A DNA stretch of 64,000 nt, taken from Planctomycetota bacterium (GTDB taxonomy: Bacteria; Planctomycetota; B15-G4). The DNA lies in the NCBI GenBank assembly GCA_965248575.1, contig CBDFJQ010000002.1:3520001-3584000 (forward strand), read 5' to 3'. Position 1 is the first letter of the stretch, and each line of letters begins with the position of its first letter. Both the position numbers and the translations under genes were made by a program. The notes beneath the pieces are model-generated. The model saw nothing but the letters and a program-made list of their open reading frames with translations. It was not told the origin of the DNA and searched no databases. This document shows positions 50,900-61,637 of the stretch, one piece after another.

Positions 50900-53125
50900 T
50901 TACTTCACCTTGATGGAGAGCTTGTAGGCGCCGCCGCTGGCATCGGTGTTGCTAAGGGTCAGGCGGTAGGTCCGGGCCGTGTTCACGAGGATGGCCTTCT
51001 GGCTGGCCTTGGTGCCGGCTGCGTTGGTCGTCTTGGGCTTGCTGGCGGTGAACTCCGCCGGGTCGTCGCCGCTGGCCGGTGCGTTGTCGAAGCTGAAGTC
51101 GACCGGCGTGCCCTTGGCGCCCTTGATCGTCACGCTCACCTGCTGGCCCACACCCAGGGAGAAGTCGATGAAGTGCTCGTCGAGGGAGCCCATGAACTCA
51201 CTCTTGATGCCGATCTTGAGGCCACCTTCCGTGGCGTCGATCACGGGCACCACGGAAGCGTTCGCAGCGATGATGCCGTGCGACATGAAGGGGCCCATGA
51301 GGGCGGCCAGCTTGCGGCGGCCCTTGGGCGTGCCATCGTCCAGCACGCTGCTCATGGCTTCGAAACAGGCCAGGTAGAATGCCTCATACGCAGCCTGGGC
51401 ATTGGCCGGGGTGACGACGGGGAAGCCAACCTCGGCGGTGCTCAGGGGCCAGAGGGGCAAGCTGTCGAACACGAGCACATCCATGGGCACGGCCTTCAAG
51501 CTGCGACGGGCCTTCCAGAGCGCGGCGGCGAAGATCTCTCCCGCTACGTGTTCCTCGGGGAGCAGGGTGCTCTGGCCCACGAGATCGAACAGGTTGTCGG
51601 TGAGCGTCCGCGTGGTGAGCAGGTCGCGCAGCGGCATGCCGTCGGTGCCCACCTCGCCACCGAACTTGCTGAACACGAGGCCGATGGCCGCGGTGTTCAG
51701 GCTGGATGCTGCGAAGTAGTCGGCGAGGGCCTCGTTCACGGCGCGTGGGGGCGTGTCGAGCCCTTGGTCGCCGAGGGTCACGCCCTCCTTGTCCACCACC
51801 GCGTGCACATACTCGTGGCAGACCACCGTGGGGTCCCGGGACAGGTCGTCCATGGGGTCGCCGGTGACGTTGCTGAACTCACCGAAAACGAAAAAGCCAG
51901 GTTCGTAGCCGCCAAAGCCATCGGGGTCTGAGTTGCTGTAGAAAGCGTTGACGTACCCGTTGTTGCCATCGCCGTAGTTCACGTAGCTGAGCAGCGTGTA
52001 GTTGGCGTTGAAGATGCCGATGCGCTTGCTGAAGTAGGCGCCCATCCGCTGCAGCCAGGAGTAGGTGTTCACGTGGTCGAACACCTGGTACTCGGCGGTG
52101 CCCACCACCGTCTTGGTGGAGGCGTCATCGAAAATCCAGTCATGGGCGCCCGAGATGACGATGAAGCCGGCGTCATCCACCACCTGGGCGTAGCGTCCCG
52201 TGAGGGAACCATCGGGGGCGAGAGCGGGGTGGGCGTCCTCCATGGCCACGCCCTTCAGGGTGGTCTTCACGTTCTTCTGCTTGAGGGCGCTGGCGACGCT
52301 CTTGTAGACGCCGCCCCGGCCGCCACCCGTCTCGAACTGGCTGATGGCGTCGTCGTAGCTGAACTTGCCCGTGCCGTGGGTGGTGTTCTCTCGCACCCGG
52401 AGCAGCACGCCGGAGTAGGCGTCCACCTCAAGGGCTAGCGGGATCAAGCCGCGGATGACGTCCACCGAGTGGACCAGCTCCACTCCGTTGTCCATGAGCC
52501 GTGCCACCTGGCGCACTGAGGGTGTCGTGCGCAAGTCGTCGAGGCTCAGGCCAGCGGCGGACAGGGCTGTTGCCACGGTGGTCTCGGTGTCCAGCGCGGG
52601 CGGCGCAGGCACGGAGCTCGTGGGCTGGATGACACCGTGCGCCGCACGCACGAAGCCCTTTGAATCCAGGACGACGGTCAGGCCATGCCCGCTGAGCTCG
52701 AAGCCGTGCACGAGCTGGGTGGACCGAACGACGTCGATGGCGCGCTGCCCCATGCTGCGCGGCATGGAGGGCGTGAGCTGCAGGCTGGTGTTGTCAGTGA
52801 GCCCGAAGCGGGCACCTTGTTCCACCAGGAAGGACGTCGCGCGTTGCTCCGCGCTGGATCCCGTGGTGGGGAAGCGGCCGTCCAGTCGGCGCAGGGAGCC
52901 GGTGCTGGGGTTGTTGTGTGAGGTGGCGCCGGCGGGCAGCGCGGCGGGTTCGTCGCGCACGTCGAGAGTCATGCCGTCGGTGCCTGGGTCCGCAACGGTT
53001 GCGCTCGGGGTCCGGGACGAAACGGCCTGGGCCTGAACCTGTGCCGGTACCTGTGACTGAAGAGGCGAGGTGTTCAGGGCGAGCAGTGCAAAGCCGGCCA
53101 TGAGGCCAGGGATACCGGAACGCAT
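50900..53125 (-). CDS. Secreted M4/M36-like (thermolysin/fungalysin) metalloprotease with propeptide and C-terminal beta domain
   Basis: Signal peptide, FTP/PepSY-like prodomain (VDAYSG), NAFY, HEYVH, NEALADYFA, EEHVAG...ALW. Confidence 0.85.
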   Translation of the reverse strand: MRSGIPGLMAGFALLALNTSPLQSQVPAQVQAQAVSSRTPSATVADPGTDGMTLDVRDEPAALPAGATSHNNPSTGSLRRLDGRFPTTGSSAEQRATSFLVEQGARFGLTDNTSLQLTPSMPRSMGQRAIDVVRSTQLVHGFELSGHGLTVVLDSKGFVRAAHGVIQPTSSVPAPPALDTETTVATALSAAGLSLDDLRTTPSVRQVARLMDNGVELVHSVDVIRGLIPLALEVDAYSGVLLRVRENTTHGTGKFSYDDAISQFETGGGRGGVYKSVASALKQKNVKTTLKGVAMEDAHPALAPDGSLTGRYAQVVDDAGFIVISGAHDWIFDDASTKTVVGTAEYQVFDHVNTYSWLQRMGAYFSKRIGIFNANYTLLSYVNYGDGNNGYVNAFYSNSDPDGFGGYEPGFFVFGEFSNVTGDPMDDLSRDPTVVCHEYVHAVVDKEGVTLGDQGLDTPPRAVNEALADYFAASSLNTAAIGLVFSKFGGEVGTDGMPLRDLLTTRTLTDNLFDLVGQSTLLPEEHVAGEIFAAALWKARRSLKAVPMDVLVFDSLPLWPLSTAEVGFPVVTPANAQAAYEAFYLACFEAMSSVLDDGTPKGRRKLAALMGPFMSHGIIAANASVVPVIDATEGGLKIGIKSEFMGSLDEHFIDFSLGVGQQVSVTIKGAKGTPVDFSFDNAPASGDDPAEFTASKPKTTNAAGTKASQKAILVNTARTYRLTLSNTDASGGAYKLSIKVK

Positions 53126-53221
53126 GGGGAACTCCTCCGCGGGCCCCTGGCGAATGGCCAGGGAATCGAAGGATTCATCGAGAGCGAGCCCGCGCAGACT
53201 TGAGGGCTCCTGGAGCCCGGT

Positions 53222-54331
53222 TCACCGGTGATGGCGGGCGGCCTCGGCCATCACGTCGAGGGTCAGCCGAGCGACGTGATCCCAGGTGTAGTGGGCCGCG
53301 ACCCGGGCTGGCCCCCGACGCGACAGATCGGCCCTCAGACCCTCATCAGAGGCCAATTTCTGCAAGGCTGCCCGGAAATCGTCCCGTTGGGCGGGGTCGA
53401 ACACCAGTCCGCAGTCTCCGACTGTCTCGATCAGAGCGGCGCGGTTGGAGCAGGCCACGGGGGTGCCGCAGGCCTGGGCCTCGATGACGGGCAATCCGAA
53501 GCCCTCGTGCAGGGAAGCACAGACGTAGAAGGCGGCGCCGGCCAGCAGGCCCGGGAGGTCCTCATCGACGACCCAGCCCGGCAGCCGCACCCGTTCCTCG
53601 TCGAGGCCGAGGCGTTCGGCGTGGACGCGGAGGGCCTCGCGGTTGGCGTCCCGGGGCCCACCAATGACCAACACCCACTCCTTGTCGAGCGCCGCATCCG
53701 CGAAGGCGTCCAGCAGGCCGTGCGGGTTCTTGCGGTCGGAGTATTCACCCACGAGCAGGATGTACGGGCGTTGCGCCAGGTCGTGGCGCGCGAGCACGGC
53801 CTGCAAGCGGTGGTCGTCCGGACGCCGGAAGGTGTCTGTGTCCACACCCAGCGGGACCACGCGCACCTTCTCGCGCGGGACGCCCACGTGTTCGCCCAAG
53901 GCGACGGCCCCCTGCTCGCTGTAGGAGAGCACGAGGTCGGCGCGGGCAACCGTCTGCCGGATGCGGTCTTGGCGCTTGCGCCGCCAGTCGGCCGACGAGA
54001 GCTCCGGAAACTCGAACACATTGAGGTCGTGCAGCATGACCGTCTTGCCGAACGAGCCGCCGGCTGGCAGGCGGACGCCCACGCCATGCAGGGCATCGAC
54101 ATGCTTGCCGAGGGTGAGGCTCTGCAGCTGGTCCTGGAGCAGGCGCGGCTTGACGCCGGGCAACATCTCGTCGAGCAGACCCCGCTTGAGCCAGCGGTGG
54201 GGGCGCACGCCGAGCAGGAACTCGTGCTCGGGGGCCACCCGGGCGCAGGCCTGCACGAGGTTCCAGCCGTAGGTGGCGATACCGCCGCGCCGGGCCTTCA
54301 CGCAGCTGGAGACGTCGAAGGCGAACCTCAC
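53222..54331 (-). CDS. Glycosyltransferase family 4
   Basis: HDL, VPLGVD, RKN, SLHEGFGLPVIEAQACGTP, YTW. Confidence 0.92.
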   Translation of the reverse strand: MRFAFDVSSCVKARRGGIATYGWNLVQACARVAPEHEFLLGVRPHRWLKRGLLDEMLPGVKPRLLQDQLQSLTLGKHVDALHGVGVRLPAGGSFGKTVMLHDLNVFEFPELSSADWRRKRQDRIRQTVARADLVLSYSEQGAVALGEHVGVPREKVRVVPLGVDTDTFRRPDDHRLQAVLARHDLAQRPYILLVGEYSDRKNPHGLLDAFADAALDKEWVLVIGGPRDANREALRVHAERLGLDEERVRLPGWVVDEDLPGLLAGAAFYVCASLHEGFGLPVIEAQACGTPVACSNRAALIETVGDCGLVFDPAQRDDFRAALQKLASDEGLRADLSRRGPARVAAHYTWDHVARLTLDVMAEAARHHR

Positions 54332-54597
54332 TTCGTCTTGTTCACATACCCCATCTTGAGCACCGGCAGCAACTGGGTGAGGTAGGTCTCCTCCTCCTCG
54401 TTGCGCTGGCCACGGGTCTTCTCTTCGATCACGGTGAGCATGTCGATGAGGTAGCGGGCGGCCGGCAGGTTCGACTCGCGCGTCTTGGTGATGGGATTCT
54501 CCACCTCACCCAGGGCGATGGTCACTTGCTGAGCCATGTCGAAGAGATGCCGCGTGAGCGTCGCTTCGGGGAAGTCCTGGGTCTGTGTGTCGCTCAT
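54328..54597 (-). CDS. DUF1844-like small protein
   Basis: ALGEVENP...[23 protein letters not shown] and GTGA overlaps with both neighbours. Only the C-terminal 89 aa of the tracked ORF are real. Confidence 0.8.
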   Translation of the reverse strand: MSDTQTQDFPEATLTRHLFDMAQQVTIALGEVENPITKTRESNLPAARYLIDMLTVIEEKTRGQRNEEEETYLTQLLPVLKMGYVNKTK

Positions 54598-56261
54598 GAG
54601 TGCCTCTGGGGCTCGGCCTTGGGTTCCGCGGAGGCGGGGACGCCGCCGCTGGCTGCGGGGCTTCCGTGGGCCCGCATGTCGGCCGCGTTCACGAAGCCGT
54701 CGAAGAGGGGGTGGGGTGCCGTGGGCTTGCTCTTGAACTCGGGGTGGAACTGCACGGCCACGAACCAGGGGTGGTCGGCGATCTCGACGATCTCCACCAG
54801 GTTCTGGTCGGCACCGATGCCGGTGAACAGCATGCCGGCGGCCTCGAGCTGGTCGCGGTAGGCGTTGTTGAACTCCCAGCGGTGGCGATGGCGCTCGCTG
54901 ACGGAGTCGCTGCCGTAGGCTTCCAGGGCCTTGCCGCCCATGAGCCGGCAGGTCTGTGCCCCGAGGCGCATGGTGCCGCCCTTTTCGGTGACCTTCTGCT
55001 GTTCGTCGAGCAGGCAGATGACGGGGTGTGGGGTGGTGGGGTCGATCTCGGTGCTGTTGGCGTCCGTGAGGCCGCAAACGTGGCGTGAGAAGTCGATGAC
55101 CGCCATGTGCAGCCCGTAGCAGAGGCCGAAGTAGGGGACGCCGTTCTCTCGAGCGAACTTTGAAGCGAGCACCTTGCCTTCGATGCCGCGTCCGCCGAAG
55201 CCGCCCGGCACGCAGATGCCATGCATGTTGCCCAGCAGTTCGTGTGCGTTGTCTTCGCTGAGATCATCGGAGGAGAGCTTGTGCAGGCGGACCTTCACCT
55301 CGTGGGCAATGCCTGCGTGGGCCAGCGCTTCGTAGATGGACTTGTAGGCGTCGTTCAGGCCCATGTACTTGCCCACCACCGCGATGTCGATCTCGCGCGT
55401 GCTGCGTTTCACGGTGCTGAGGATGTGGCTCCAGGCCGAGAGATCCGGTTCGGGGAGCTCCAGGCCGAACTTGTTGCCGATCTTCGTGTGGATGCCTTCC
55501 GCCGCGAGCATCAGGGGCAGCTCGTAGATCGAGGTCTCCACGTCCTGCTCTTCGATCACATAGTCCGGGCGCACGTTGCAGAAGAGGGAGATCTTGCGTC
55601 CCATCTCTTCCGTCATGGGGTGCTCGGTGCGGCAGACGAGGATGTCCGGCTGGATGCCGATCTCGCGCAGCTTGCCCACGGATTGCTGGGTGGGCTTGGT
55701 CTTCAGCTCTCCGCTGGCCGCCAGGTGCACCAGCAAGGTGAGGTGGATGAACAGGCAGTCGCCCGGCTCGTGCTCGATGCTGTACTGACGAATGGCTTCC
55801 AGGAAGGGCAGGCTCTCGATGTCGCCCACCGTGCCGCCGATCTCGGTGATGACCACGTCGACATCGTCCCCGCACAGGCGGTCGATGCCGGCCTTGATCT
55901 CGTCGGTGATGTGCGGAATGACCTGAACCGTCTCACCCAGGTACTCGCCTGCCCGCTCCTTGGCGATGACCGAGCTGTAGATCTTGCCCGTGGTGTAATT
56001 GCAGTCAGCGGTGAGGGGCGCCTGCGTGTAGCGCTCGTAGTGCCCGAGGTCGAGGTCCATCTCGGAGCCGTCGTCCAGCACATACACCTCGCCGTGCTGA
56101 TACGGGTTCATGGTGCCCGGATCGACGTTGATGTAGGGGTCGAGCTTCTGCATCCGGACGGACAGGCCGCAGTTCTCGAGAATGCAGCCAACGCTGGCAG
56201 CCGTGAGGCCCTTGCCCAGCGAGGACACGACGCCGCCCGTTACAAAGATGTGTTTGGTCAT
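54594..56261 (-). CDS. pyrG: CTP synthase
   Basis: [50 protein letters not shown]. Confidence 0.98.
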   Translation of the reverse strand: MTKHIFVTGGVVSSLGKGLTAASVGCILENCGLSVRMQKLDPYINVDPGTMNPYQHGEVYVLDDGSEMDLDLGHYERYTQAPLTADCNYTTGKIYSSVIAKERAGEYLGETVQVIPHITDEIKAGIDRLCGDDVDVVITEIGGTVGDIESLPFLEAIRQYSIEHEPGDCLFIHLTLLVHLAASGELKTKPTQQSVGKLREIGIQPDILVCRTEHPMTEEMGRKISLFCNVRPDYVIEEQDVETSIYELPLMLAAEGIHTKIGNKFGLELPEPDLSAWSHILSTVKRSTREIDIAVVGKYMGLNDAYKSIYEALAHAGIAHEVKVRLHKLSSDDLSEDNAHELLGNMHGICVPGGFGGRGIEGKVLASKFARENGVPYFGLCYGLHMAVIDFSRHVCGLTDANSTEIDPTTPHPVICLLDEQQKVTEKGGTMRLGAQTCRLMGGKALEAYGSDSVSERHRHRWEFNNAYRDQLEAAGMLFTGIGADQNLVEIVEIADHPWFVAVQFHPEFKSKPTAPHPLFDGFVNAADMRAHGSPAASGGVPASAEPKAEPQRHS

Positions 56262-57028
56262 GAAGAAGAGGTCTCGAGCCCTGCCCAGTGCTTGACGAAT
56301 CGAGCGTAGTCGTCGGCTGTATCGATTCCCAGAGCGTCGTTCTCCGTGACGACGACCCCGATGCTGATGCCGCTGTCGAGCGCTCGCAGTTGCTCGAGGC
56401 GCTCCCGTTGTTCGAGGGATGTGGGCGGCGCCGCGGCGAAGGCGAACAGGGCCTCGCGCCGAAAGGCGTACACACCCAGGTGCAGCCATGCTCCCACAGG
56501 AGACGACCCGTGGGGGCCATATGGGATGGGTGAGCGAGAGAAATAGAGGGCCCGGCCATCGGCCGCGAACACCACCTTGACGGCATTCGGGTCCAGGAAG
56601 ATGTCGCTCTCGGCCTCGCCCAGGGGGCGGGCCAAGGTGGCCATCTGCTCGTCGGTCTCTCGCAGGCGTTGGACGAGGCCATCGAGATCCGCCGGATCGA
56701 TCTCCGGTTCATCGCCCTGCACGTTGATCAGGATCTCCGCCTCGAGGCCGGCGGCGACTTCGGCCACGCGATCGGTCCCGGACGGGTGGTCGTCGCGGGT
56801 CATGACGCAGCGTCCACCAAAGGCCTCGACGGCCTGGACGATGCGCGCATCGTCGGTGGCCACCACCACCTCGGACAGCTGGCTGGCCTGGCTGACTCTC
56901 TCCCAAACGTGCTGGATGAGGGGTTTGCCCGTCTCGGCCAGGAGCGGCTTCCCGGGCAGGCGCTGTGAGGCCCAGCGGGCAGGAATCACCGCGGCAGCGG
57001 TCAGGGGTGCGAGGCCAGGGTCCGTCAC
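56258..57028 (-). CDS. kdsB: 3-deoxy-manno-octulosonate cytidylyltransferase
   Basis: [44 protein letters not shown]. Confidence 0.95.
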   Translation of the reverse strand: MTDPGLAPLTAAAVIPARWASQRLPGKPLLAETGKPLIQHVWERVSQASQLSEVVVATDDARIVQAVEAFGGRCVMTRDDHPSGTDRVAEVAAGLEAEILINVQGDEPEIDPADLDGLVQRLRETDEQMATLARPLGEAESDIFLDPNAVKVVFAADGRALYFSRSPIPYGPHGSSPVGAWLHLGVYAFRREALFAFAAAPPTSLEQRERLEQLRALDSGISIGVVVTENDALGIDTADDYARFVKHWAGLETSSS

Positions 57029-57552
57029 GGTGTCGTCCGGAAAAGTTGCTGGGCGCCCTCGGGCCGGGCGACATGCTGGGCGCCGCCCACGTGGCTGTAG
57101 TACTCGCTCATGGTGAGCTTGGCGAGGCTGTACGCCCGGCGTTCCTCCGCCGAGGCGCCAGGGCCCGGTTTGTTGAAGTGGCGCTGGCGTCCGTCCTGGT
57201 CAACCAAGAGGTAGCTCTGCTTGCCGTTGAGTTCGTCTGGGGCGCCATCCCTTTGGTAGAGGCCCATGCCCGTCGCTTCCAGTGAAGCCAGCAGCTGACC
57301 CACGAGGCGGTCCGGGGCGCGCTTCATGCTGGCGTCGCTGCGAGCGCGCGAATAGAGGTCAGACAGTTCGGGATAGCTCTCATTGGCCAAGGCCAGTTCG
57401 ACGCCGTTCTCGGCCTCGTAGAGCCGGATCACGATGCGGCTGCCCTCGGACACGGGCACTTCCGGGATGCTGGCGCAGGCCGGCAGACCCAGGCCTGCGG
57501 CGGCGGCGGCCATGAACAGGCAGCAAAAAAGGGTGGCACCCCGAAAGGTCAT
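57025..57552 (-). CDS. Hypothetical lipoprotein
   Basis: Hydrophobic N-terminus with lipobox LPAC; overlaps the kdsB start. Confidence 0.65.
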   Translation of the reverse strand: MTFRGATLFCCLFMAAAAAGLGLPACASIPEVPVSEGSRIVIRLYEAENGVELALANESYPELSDLYSRARSDASMKRAPDRLVGQLLASLEATGMGLYQRDGAPDELNGKQSYLLVDQDGRQRHFNKPGPGASAEERRAYSLAKLTMSEYYSHVGGAQHVARPEGAQQLFRTTP

Positions 57553-57651
57553 GAATGCTGAGGCCCTGAGTGGGGTCGGCGGGCAGGGCGTCCGCTGCGG
57601 TCGGCAGCGCGCTCTGTGAAAGAGTCGAGATATAGAGCAAGCTCGGAAAGC

Positions 57652-58371
57652 GTGTCAAGAACGGTTGATGAGTCCTCCGGGGCGGGTGACGCCCCTGCGC
57701 CCGAACCGCCCCCTCGGGGCGAACTGGAGCGATATCCGGCCCAGGTGCTGAAGGACGAGGGCCCGGGCGCCCCCAAGGTGGTGCGCTACGAGCTGCCCAG
57801 CGGACCGGTGGTGCTCAAAGAGTGGGTTCCCACCGGCAGCCGCATCTTCAGCTGGTGGGCACGGGGCGTCATGAAGCGCGAGATCCGCAACCATCGCCTT
57901 CTCAGCGGCACTCCCGGCATCCCCCGCTTCCTGGGCCAGTACAGCGAGGTGGCTTTCCTCATGGAATGGGTCGATGCCCAGCCCATCCGGCGTCGACTGC
58001 CCACCGAACTCAAGGAACGAGGCCTGGATGCCCTGGAGGCGGCCTTGGCTGCCTTGCACGCACGCCGCTTCGTGCACCTCGACCTGCACCAGAAGTTGAA
58101 CGCCCTCGTGGGCGAGGACGGACGGGCTTGGCTGATCGACCTCGGTCAGGGCATCGACTGCTCGCGAGGGGTCGTGCGCCGCCTGCTGTTTCCGCACCTG
58201 GCACGCATCGATCGCCGGGCGATCGAGAAGTTCCGGGCCAAGTATGCGCCGCAGACCTTGCCCGAGGACACGCGCGACGCCCTGGTCGAGCGCTACAGCG
58301 AAGGACGCGGGCGGGCTTGGAAGGCGTGGCATCGCAAGCTACGTCGCCGCCTGCTGGGCGAACGCCGTTAG
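57652..58371 (+). CDS. Atypical kinase-fold protein (RIO/Kdo/phosphotransferase-like)
   Basis: VVLKE, RE helix, MEWVD hinge, HLDLHQKLN catalytic loop, IDLG. Start uncertain (57616 or 57652). Confidence 0.75.
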   Translation: MSRTVDESSGAGDAPAPEPPPRGELERYPAQVLKDEGPGAPKVVRYELPSGPVVLKEWVPTGSRIFSWWARGVMKREIRNHRLLSGTPGIPRFLGQYSEVAFLMEWVDAQPIRRRLPTELKERGLDALEAALAALHARRFVHLDLHQKLNALVGEDGRAWLIDLGQGIDCSRGVVRRLLFPHLARIDRRAIEKFRAKYAPQTLPEDTRDALVERYSEGRGRAWKAWHRKLRRRLLGERR

Positions 58372-58545
58372 TCGTGTTTTGTTTTTGAAACGCCCATTCC
58401 GCACGCCTACCCTTCGGGGTGCTGTTACCTCGTGGGCTGCGCGCTCGGCGGTGTGTCGCCCCACGATCGAGGTCTAAACCGCGCACGGCTTTCCAAGCAG
58501 ATCGTCGCGCGCATTCGGTAGGTGTTTTGTTTGGGAGGGTGTGCC

Positions 58546-59418
58546 GTGGATGGCGTCGAGCGCGTCATGGTGCTCGGAATTCTGGCGGTTATTGCTGCAA
58601 TCCTCAGCTTCGCTTGGAGCGCGACGGACGACAGCACGACCCCGGACGGGCACCTGGATCCCATTGGAGTGACCGGTGGGGCGAATGGTGGACGGGGCGG
58701 AATCGTCCCCCTGTCGAGCAACTCGACTTCGGGTGGCGTGGTGCTGGACGACAGCGCCCTGAACCAGCTCGACAAGAGCCGCCTGAATGCGGTGGAGGCT
58801 CGTCGCCAGCAGAAGCTCCAGCGCGACAAGTTCCTCAAGGGTGGCTCTGAGAAGACCGGAACCGAGCCCAAGACGGCTCCGAAGACCGGGGCCGGGGCAG
58901 ATCAGGCGACTCGAGCAGCCCAGAAGGGGGTGACCCCCTCGACCTTCGTGTCCCTGAAGCCCACTGCGGCCCAGAACGAGGAGTACGAGGCCGGTTCCGA
59001 CGAACCTACCTTCCGGCTCTACACCCTGGCGGATGGCGACACCCTCTGGGGCCTTGCGTTCCGGGAGGTGGGTGCGGGTAACACCGATCGGGTCGTGGCC
59101 CTCATCCAGGAGCTGAACCCGGGACTGTCTGCGGACAACTTTCCGGAGGGCCGGACGATTCGTTTGCCGCTCTTCCGCAAGGGAGCAGCGCCAGTAAAGG
59201 GCGCCGCGCGTCTGCAGAACAAGACGCCCTCCGAACGGGCCGAAGAAACAGGCGCAAGCGTCTACGTCGTGGGAGCTGGTGACACCCTGGAGGCCATCGC
59301 TCGCAACGAACTGGGTGACCGAGGCCGCTGGAAAGAGATCTACCAGCTGAACAAGACCACCGTCCAAGATCCCGAGAGCATTCGCCCCGGTCAGCGGCTC
59401 CTGCTTCCGGAAGAGTAG
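58546..59418 (+). CDS. Membrane-anchored protein with two LysM domains
   Basis: N-terminal TM helix; YTLADGDTLWGLA...IRLP and YVVGAGDTLEAIA...IYQLN...RPGQRLLLP; SD GGGAGG. Confidence 0.9.
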   Translation: MDGVERVMVLGILAVIAAILSFAWSATDDSTTPDGHLDPIGVTGGANGGRGGIVPLSSNSTSGGVVLDDSALNQLDKSRLNAVEARRQQKLQRDKFLKGGSEKTGTEPKTAPKTGAGADQATRAAQKGVTPSTFVSLKPTAAQNEEYEAGSDEPTFRLYTLADGDTLWGLAFREVGAGNTDRVVALIQELNPGLSADNFPEGRTIRLPLFRKGAAPVKGAARLQNKTPSERAEETGASVYVVGAGDTLEAIARNELGDRGRWKEIYQLNKTTVQDPESIRPGQRLLLPEE

Positions 59419-59425
59419 GGGCCTC

Positions 59426-60571
59426 GTGGCAGACGGGCGTCTCTATGTGGGCGTCATGTCGGGCACGAGCTGTGACGGTGTGGACGCCGTGGCCGTGCGG
59501 GTGCTGGGCGGTCCGGCTGGGCTGAAGCCCTTGAGCGTCGATGTGTTGGCGCACGAGCACTCGCCCTACGAGGCTGCCTTTCGCGCTCGCCTGCTCGCCT
59601 TGCCCGATGCACGGGTGGAACAAGTCGCGCGCCTGCACGTCGAACTGGGGCAACGCTTCGCTGCGACGGTCGTGCGCGCCCTGGCCGCGGCGGGTATCGA
59701 CGCTGCGGACGTCTGTGCGGTGGGTTCGCCGGGACACACGGCGCTGCACATCCCTCCCACGGCTGGCGATCCAGGGGCGACCCTCTCGCTGGGCGACGGC
59801 GATGTGTTGGCCGAGCTGAGCGGCTGCCCGGTGCTGTGCGATACGCGCGCGCGGGATCGTGCCGCCGGGGGTCACGGCGCCCCCCTCGTGCCCTTCGCCG
59901 ACGCCTGCTTGTTGCGCACGCCGGGTCGGGTTCGGGCGGCGCTGAACCTGGGTGGCATCGGCAACATCACCGTCGTGCCGCCCGACGGCCCGCCCAGCGC
60001 TTTCGACACGGGGCCGGGGAACATGCATCTCGATGGGGCCCTGGCCCGGGCGACCGCTGGCGAACTCTGCATGGACGAAGGCGGGGCGCTGGGTCTCGCT
60101 GGTCAGGTGCAGCAGGCATGGCTCGAGGCTGCCTTGGAGGCCGACGACTTCCTGCGCGCAACGCCACCTCGGTCCACGGGGCGCGAGCGTTACGGCGCCC
60201 CCTTTCTCGACGCTCACTGGCCGGTCCTCGGCGGCTTGGAGCTCCCGGACCTGGCGGCGACCCTGGCGGCCTACACCGTGGAGTCCGTGGTGCGTTCGCT
60301 GCGGGACTTCGTGCCCGATGCCCCGGCAGACCTCGTGGTGTCCGGGGGTGGAGCCTTCAACGCGTGCATCATGGCCGGCTTGTCCCGCCGGCTGCCCGGG
60401 ACCAAGGTGGTGGACAGCGCGACGGCCTTGGGTCTGCCCGTCCTGGCGCGGGAGGCGGTGTCCTTCGCCCTGCTGGCGGACGCCACCCTCGCAGGGGTGG
60501 CCGGAAATGTGCCGGGTGTCACCGGTGCGGGGCGGGCCGTGCGCCTCGGCAAGCTCTGTTTCGCGCCCTGA
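59426..60571 (+). CDS. anmK: Anhydro-N-acetylmuramic acid kinase family
   Basis: GVMSGTSCDGVD, GAPLVP, LNLGGIGN, FDTGPGN, STGRE, GGGAFN, EAVSFA. Confidence 0.88.
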   Translation: MADGRLYVGVMSGTSCDGVDAVAVRVLGGPAGLKPLSVDVLAHEHSPYEAAFRARLLALPDARVEQVARLHVELGQRFAATVVRALAAAGIDAADVCAVGSPGHTALHIPPTAGDPGATLSLGDGDVLAELSGCPVLCDTRARDRAAGGHGAPLVPFADACLLRTPGRVRAALNLGGIGNITVVPPDGPPSAFDTGPGNMHLDGALARATAGELCMDEGGALGLAGQVQQAWLEAALEADDFLRATPPRSTGRERYGAPFLDAHWPVLGGLELPDLAATLAAYTVESVVRSLRDFVPDAPADLVVSGGGAFNACIMAGLSRRLPGTKVVDSATALGLPVLAREAVSFALLADATLAGVAGNVPGVTGAGRAVRLGKLCFAP

Positions 60572-60756
60572 TTCGCCGGGCTCGGACAAGACCGTTCTTG
60601 GAGAGCACCCTTCGGTCCGTCGAGGCGCCGTCGCCACAGACTGCTAGACAGGAACCCCACGTCGGGGCATTCTCGCCGCCCACACCCTGAGCCCCCGCGC
60701 GGCAGATTGGCCGGACGCAGAGCATGGGGCCCACCCCGTTTGAAGGAGTTGCGCGC

Positions 60757-61617
60757 ATGGAACCCGTCACCCTCGGCGTCATCGGCGGCAGCGGTCTGTA
60801 CGAGATGGACGGCCTCACGGATATCTCCGAGGTCACGCCCAGCACGCCCTTTGGCGAGCCCTCGGATGCCATCACGCTCGCGACCCTCGCCGGGCACCGC
60901 ATCGCCTTCCTGCCGCGCCATGGCCGGGGCCACCGGCTGCTGCCCACCGAGGTGCCGAGCCGCGCCAACATCGCCGCCCTCAAGGGCCTGGGTGTGCAAC
61001 GCATCCTCTCCTTCAGCGCCGTGGGCAGCCTGTGTGAGGAGATGGCGCCGCGTCATTTCGTCGTGCCGAACCAGCTCATCGATCGCACCCGGCATCGCCC
61101 GGACACCTTCTTCGGCGACGGCATCGTGGGCCACGTGGGCTTCGCCGATCCCTTCGCCAACGCCCTGGGCGACGTGCTCTACGACGCCATGGAGGGCTTG
61201 GACGTCACCCGCCACAAGGGCGGCACGTTGGTCTGCATGGAGGGTCCGCTCTTCAGCACCCGCGCCGAGAGCGAGCTCTACCGTTCGTGGGGTGCGCAGT
61301 TGATCAACATGTCGGCGCTGCCCGAGAGCAAGCTCGCCCGGGAGGCCGGTATCGAGTACGGCCTCGTGTGCATGGTCACCGACTACGACTGCTGGCACAC
61401 GGCCCACGACGATGTGGACATCCAGATGGTGATCGCCAACCTGGTGGCCAACGCTGGCAACGCCAAGAAGTTGTTGGAGGTGGCGCTGCCCAAGGTGGCC
61501 GCGAGCCCCCGGGACACGGCCATCGCCGAGGCCAGCAAGTTTGCGGTGATCACTGCGCCGGAGCTGCGGCCGGCTGCAACGGTCGAGCGGCTGCGGGGCA
61601 TCATCGACGGGATCTAG
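60757..61617 (+). CDS. mtnP: S-methyl-5'-thioadenosine phosphorylase
   Basis: IGGSGLY, PRHG, AVGSL, MEGPLFSTRAES, INMS, VTDYDCW. Confidence 0.93.
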   Translation: MEPVTLGVIGGSGLYEMDGLTDISEVTPSTPFGEPSDAITLATLAGHRIAFLPRHGRGHRLLPTEVPSRANIAALKGLGVQRILSFSAVGSLCEEMAPRHFVVPNQLIDRTRHRPDTFFGDGIVGHVGFADPFANALGDVLYDAMEGLDVTRHKGGTLVCMEGPLFSTRAESELYRSWGAQLINMSALPESKLAREAGIEYGLVCMVTDYDCWHTAHDDVDIQMVIANLVANAGNAKKLLEVALPKVAASPRDTAIAEASKFAVITAPELRPAATVERLRGIIDGI

Positions 61618-61637
61618 GAACGCGGGGGGGTCCCGGG

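Noticed and set aside
58470..58523. GGTCTAAACC...CGGTAGGT resembling part of a c-di-GMP-I riboswitch
   Set aside because: The GCAAA / GNRA P2 stem / GCAAAG elements are missing.
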